Below, piece by piece: positions 61,601 to 64,000 of a DNA stretch of 64,000 nucleotides (the stretch's first letter is position 1; each line of letters starts with the position of its first letter). The translations under genes and the position numbers were made by a program. The stretch lies in NCBI GenBank assembly GCA_010093995.1, contig ML992507.1, forward strand, positions 803,576-867,575. The letters are read 5' to 3'. The notes beneath the pieces are model-generated. The model did no database searches and had not been told where the DNA came from. It saw nothing but the letters and a program-made list of their open reading frames with translations. The stretch comes from Elsinoe ampelina (taxonomy: Eukaryota).

Positions 61601-64000
61601 GTGCTGCTACATGAAGCTAACGCGACGTCAGCTTCTATCCGCAATCACGAGACAGCATACTTACCGCAGTCATACCATCCGCATTTGTGGCATTTACAGT
61701 GCTTTGGGTAGCGTGCAAGACCAATGCAGAAATCAGGTTCTTCGAGCCGATGGCAGCAGCAATATGCAGCGGGGACATATTCTCCGTCGATGATCCCTTG
61801 AAGTCGGTCGTGAGGGATTCGTACTTCGTCAACCAGAAGGCAGCGAGACTAGGCTCTGGAGACCAGAATCCTACCAGATTGCTGCAAAAGTCCTCAGCCA
61901 GGTCCGGCAATCCATTGTCGACATGGCGAAGTAAATATTTGAAGGGATATTGGCAGTCGGATTGCCTTGAAGTGGTCGCTTCCATCTCTTCAAGATCTTC
62001 AGCGGCCTCGGTTGTTCCTGTTGCGTCGGTGTGCTGCTTCGGCTGATCTCTGCGCTTTGGTCGGCTTGAATTTTGAGCTTCCGTGCGTATGAAACGCATG
62101 CATCTCCAAGCGAGCTCGCCATGGTACTGTTTGGTAGCTGACGATTCAGGGTTGGTTCCGGAGAGGTCCAAGTGGGAAGCTGAAAGCTTGAGAAATCGTG
62201 GCTTCAGTTCCGAGTCAGCGAAGACCACCTTTCCCGCCATGTCTCCCGATGTTACTAAACGGATCAATGGCGAGCATTGCTTGACCAGAGCCTCGAGTTC
62301 ATCCAAGTCCTCCATAGCAGTCAACACGCTGAGCTCTTTAAGCGTCGGCTCTTCGTATGCGACAACCAGAGCTCGGAAAACCTCCTCGACTTCGAGCTGC
62401 AATTTAGAATTGCGCGAAAGTATCTGGTGTTCATCAGCATTGTATGAGCCAGAAGTTTTGGGAGCCTACCAGATTCCATGCATGTTCAACCAGACGATCG
62501 AGGTTGTGTCGATCAACGTCTCGAAGCCGCTTACGGACGGTCAAGTTAGTGCTTCCATTCGGCATTGCCCTCAGCAACATGCAAACAATGTCGATCCACT
62601 TGTTATCCGGTGCGTTGTGTTCGATGGTGTTCCGGATGTGGTAGGCCAGATCGTCACTGTAATTCTTGGTCCGCTTAAGGAGCGAAACCTCATGTCGTGC
62701 ATGTTTTTGCCGGGCAAGTCTGAGCTTGCCCCCATATTGAGGATCGTTCTCCAAATCCACTGCTATGACTTGGTCTGACCTCAACCTCTCCGCAATATGT
62801 GCTTCGTTGCTGCTTGTAATAAGCCACTTGGCTGGCCGATGCTGCTCAGCCAGTCTCGAAGAGGCAATGTCCTCTTTCATGAAATCCAGAAGCTTGAATG
62901 TGGAGCTGCTGTACTGTAGGTTGTGGATATTGCTGACGATGACAAAGGCGCATTGTATAGATGGATCGGTCAGGATGTCTTGAAGACACTGCCAGAGGTT
63001 TTCAACGGTTGTTGTCGCCCTAGTGTCTGCAGCTGAGCCATCTCTGCGGAATCCAGTGCTGTCATTGCTCTCTCGCTGACGGTACTCAGCAACCCTGAGA
63101 AAATGCTTGGCGTGGGATGCTAACGAGTCGTTCTGATTGATAAGCTGTGTGATCAGTGACTTCAGCAAGTTCTCGGCCGAGGAAGCCTCCGGACCCTGCT
63201 CGCACATGAAGAATACATTGAAAGCCGTTGTCTTCCCAGAGATGGCCGATTGTTGTATCTTCTCCACGATCTCGGTGGTGTGCTGGATAGCCGCGAGGGC
63301 TGCAGTAGTTTTCCCAAGACCTGCCCCACCCCGAATCCACAAGCAGGGCTGGTAGGAAGCTGAGATCGCGTGCGCATCCAGCCAAGACCCATACACTGCT
63401 TCCTTAGTCAGCCACGACACTATCGGCTCTTGGCCAAGTAGCGAGCGGACTTTGATGCGCATGTCTACCCCCTCTAGACATTGGCGGATCAGGTTCACAA
63501 CATTCTGATGCATGTTGTTTTGCCCGGAAGCGGTCGCGCGCTTGCGGGAATTGGCATTTGCGTTTTGTACCATTGACTTGAGCTTGCCCTTCAGCAAATC
63601 AAATCTTTGGTCATCAATACTCTCGAATTGGATCAGACCGCTGTGGTCCTTGGTGAGTCCAATCCCATGAGCACCTTGCAGGAGCGCGGAGTCCTTCTCA
63701 ACGAAATGCTTCACCAATAGTCAGCGGGTGGATACCCGTTCTTGGCTAATGTTGACCTACAGCGCTAATACCAAGGGCGCCTGCGCCCGTAGACAGCACT
63801 TTCGAAGCTACACCGACGAAAGCCTTGTTCGAGCTGAGACCAGGAATGACTTTGGCGTAGTTTGAGACGTACTTCTTCCAATTTGTCTGAACTTCCTCGT
63901 AAATGCAAAGAAGCTCGATGGGCGGGCTGATAGATTTGCAGAGATGCATGAAGTCGCCGGTCAGCTCCACCAGACTCGCATTACCTTTGGCCTGTAGCCG
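58698..64000 (-). CDS. NLR-like protein: alpha/beta-hydrolase-like N-terminus (partial), NACHT-type P-loop, ankyrin repeats, coiled-coil and Pro-rich tail; 5' end outside the window
   Basis: Introns 63760-63709, 62469-62424, 61664-61617 and 60058-60011 join all ORF pieces in frame. Motifs: KDHSGLIQF (hydrolase C-end), LWIRGGAGLGKT and many ankyrin units (SPLHIAA, TALHVAALNGH, ALQAAC, TPLINAA). Confidence 0.87.

Overview
Intron-rich filamentous ascomycete (Pezizomycotina-type) genomic DNA; most introns are 45-55 nt, GT...CTRAY...YAG. Positions 1-42.6 kb are mostly a compact housekeeping block (TIM44, mitochondrial uS11, CK2 beta, TMA20, SGT2, thioesterase, HpcH aldolase, glutaredoxin-like, CHORD, MMS2, MON2, RPP40, DHA1 MFS). 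It is interrupted at 14.2-19.0 kb by four divergent paralogues with a Zn2Cys6-like Cys motif, three of which carry apparent single lesions. Positions 42.8-58 kb are an accessory, degenerating zone: pseudogenes, a 3.4-kb RIP-mutated Tc1-type (DD34E) transposon, a SAP/SNF2/C2H2 relic and tandem repeats. A partial hydrolase-NACHT-ankyrin NLR-like gene closes the window. The main finding is at 48747-48997: a tRNA-Leu(AAG) gene that folds into a complete cloverleaf only after removing three spliceosomal-type inserts (54, 50 and 50 nt, each with donor, branch site and CAG acceptor) plus its ordinary 18-nt anticodon-loop intron. It has an upstream TATA, a downstream oligo-T tract and a nearby 102-bp inverted partial copy. 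All calls were made by eye; no database searches or programs were run.
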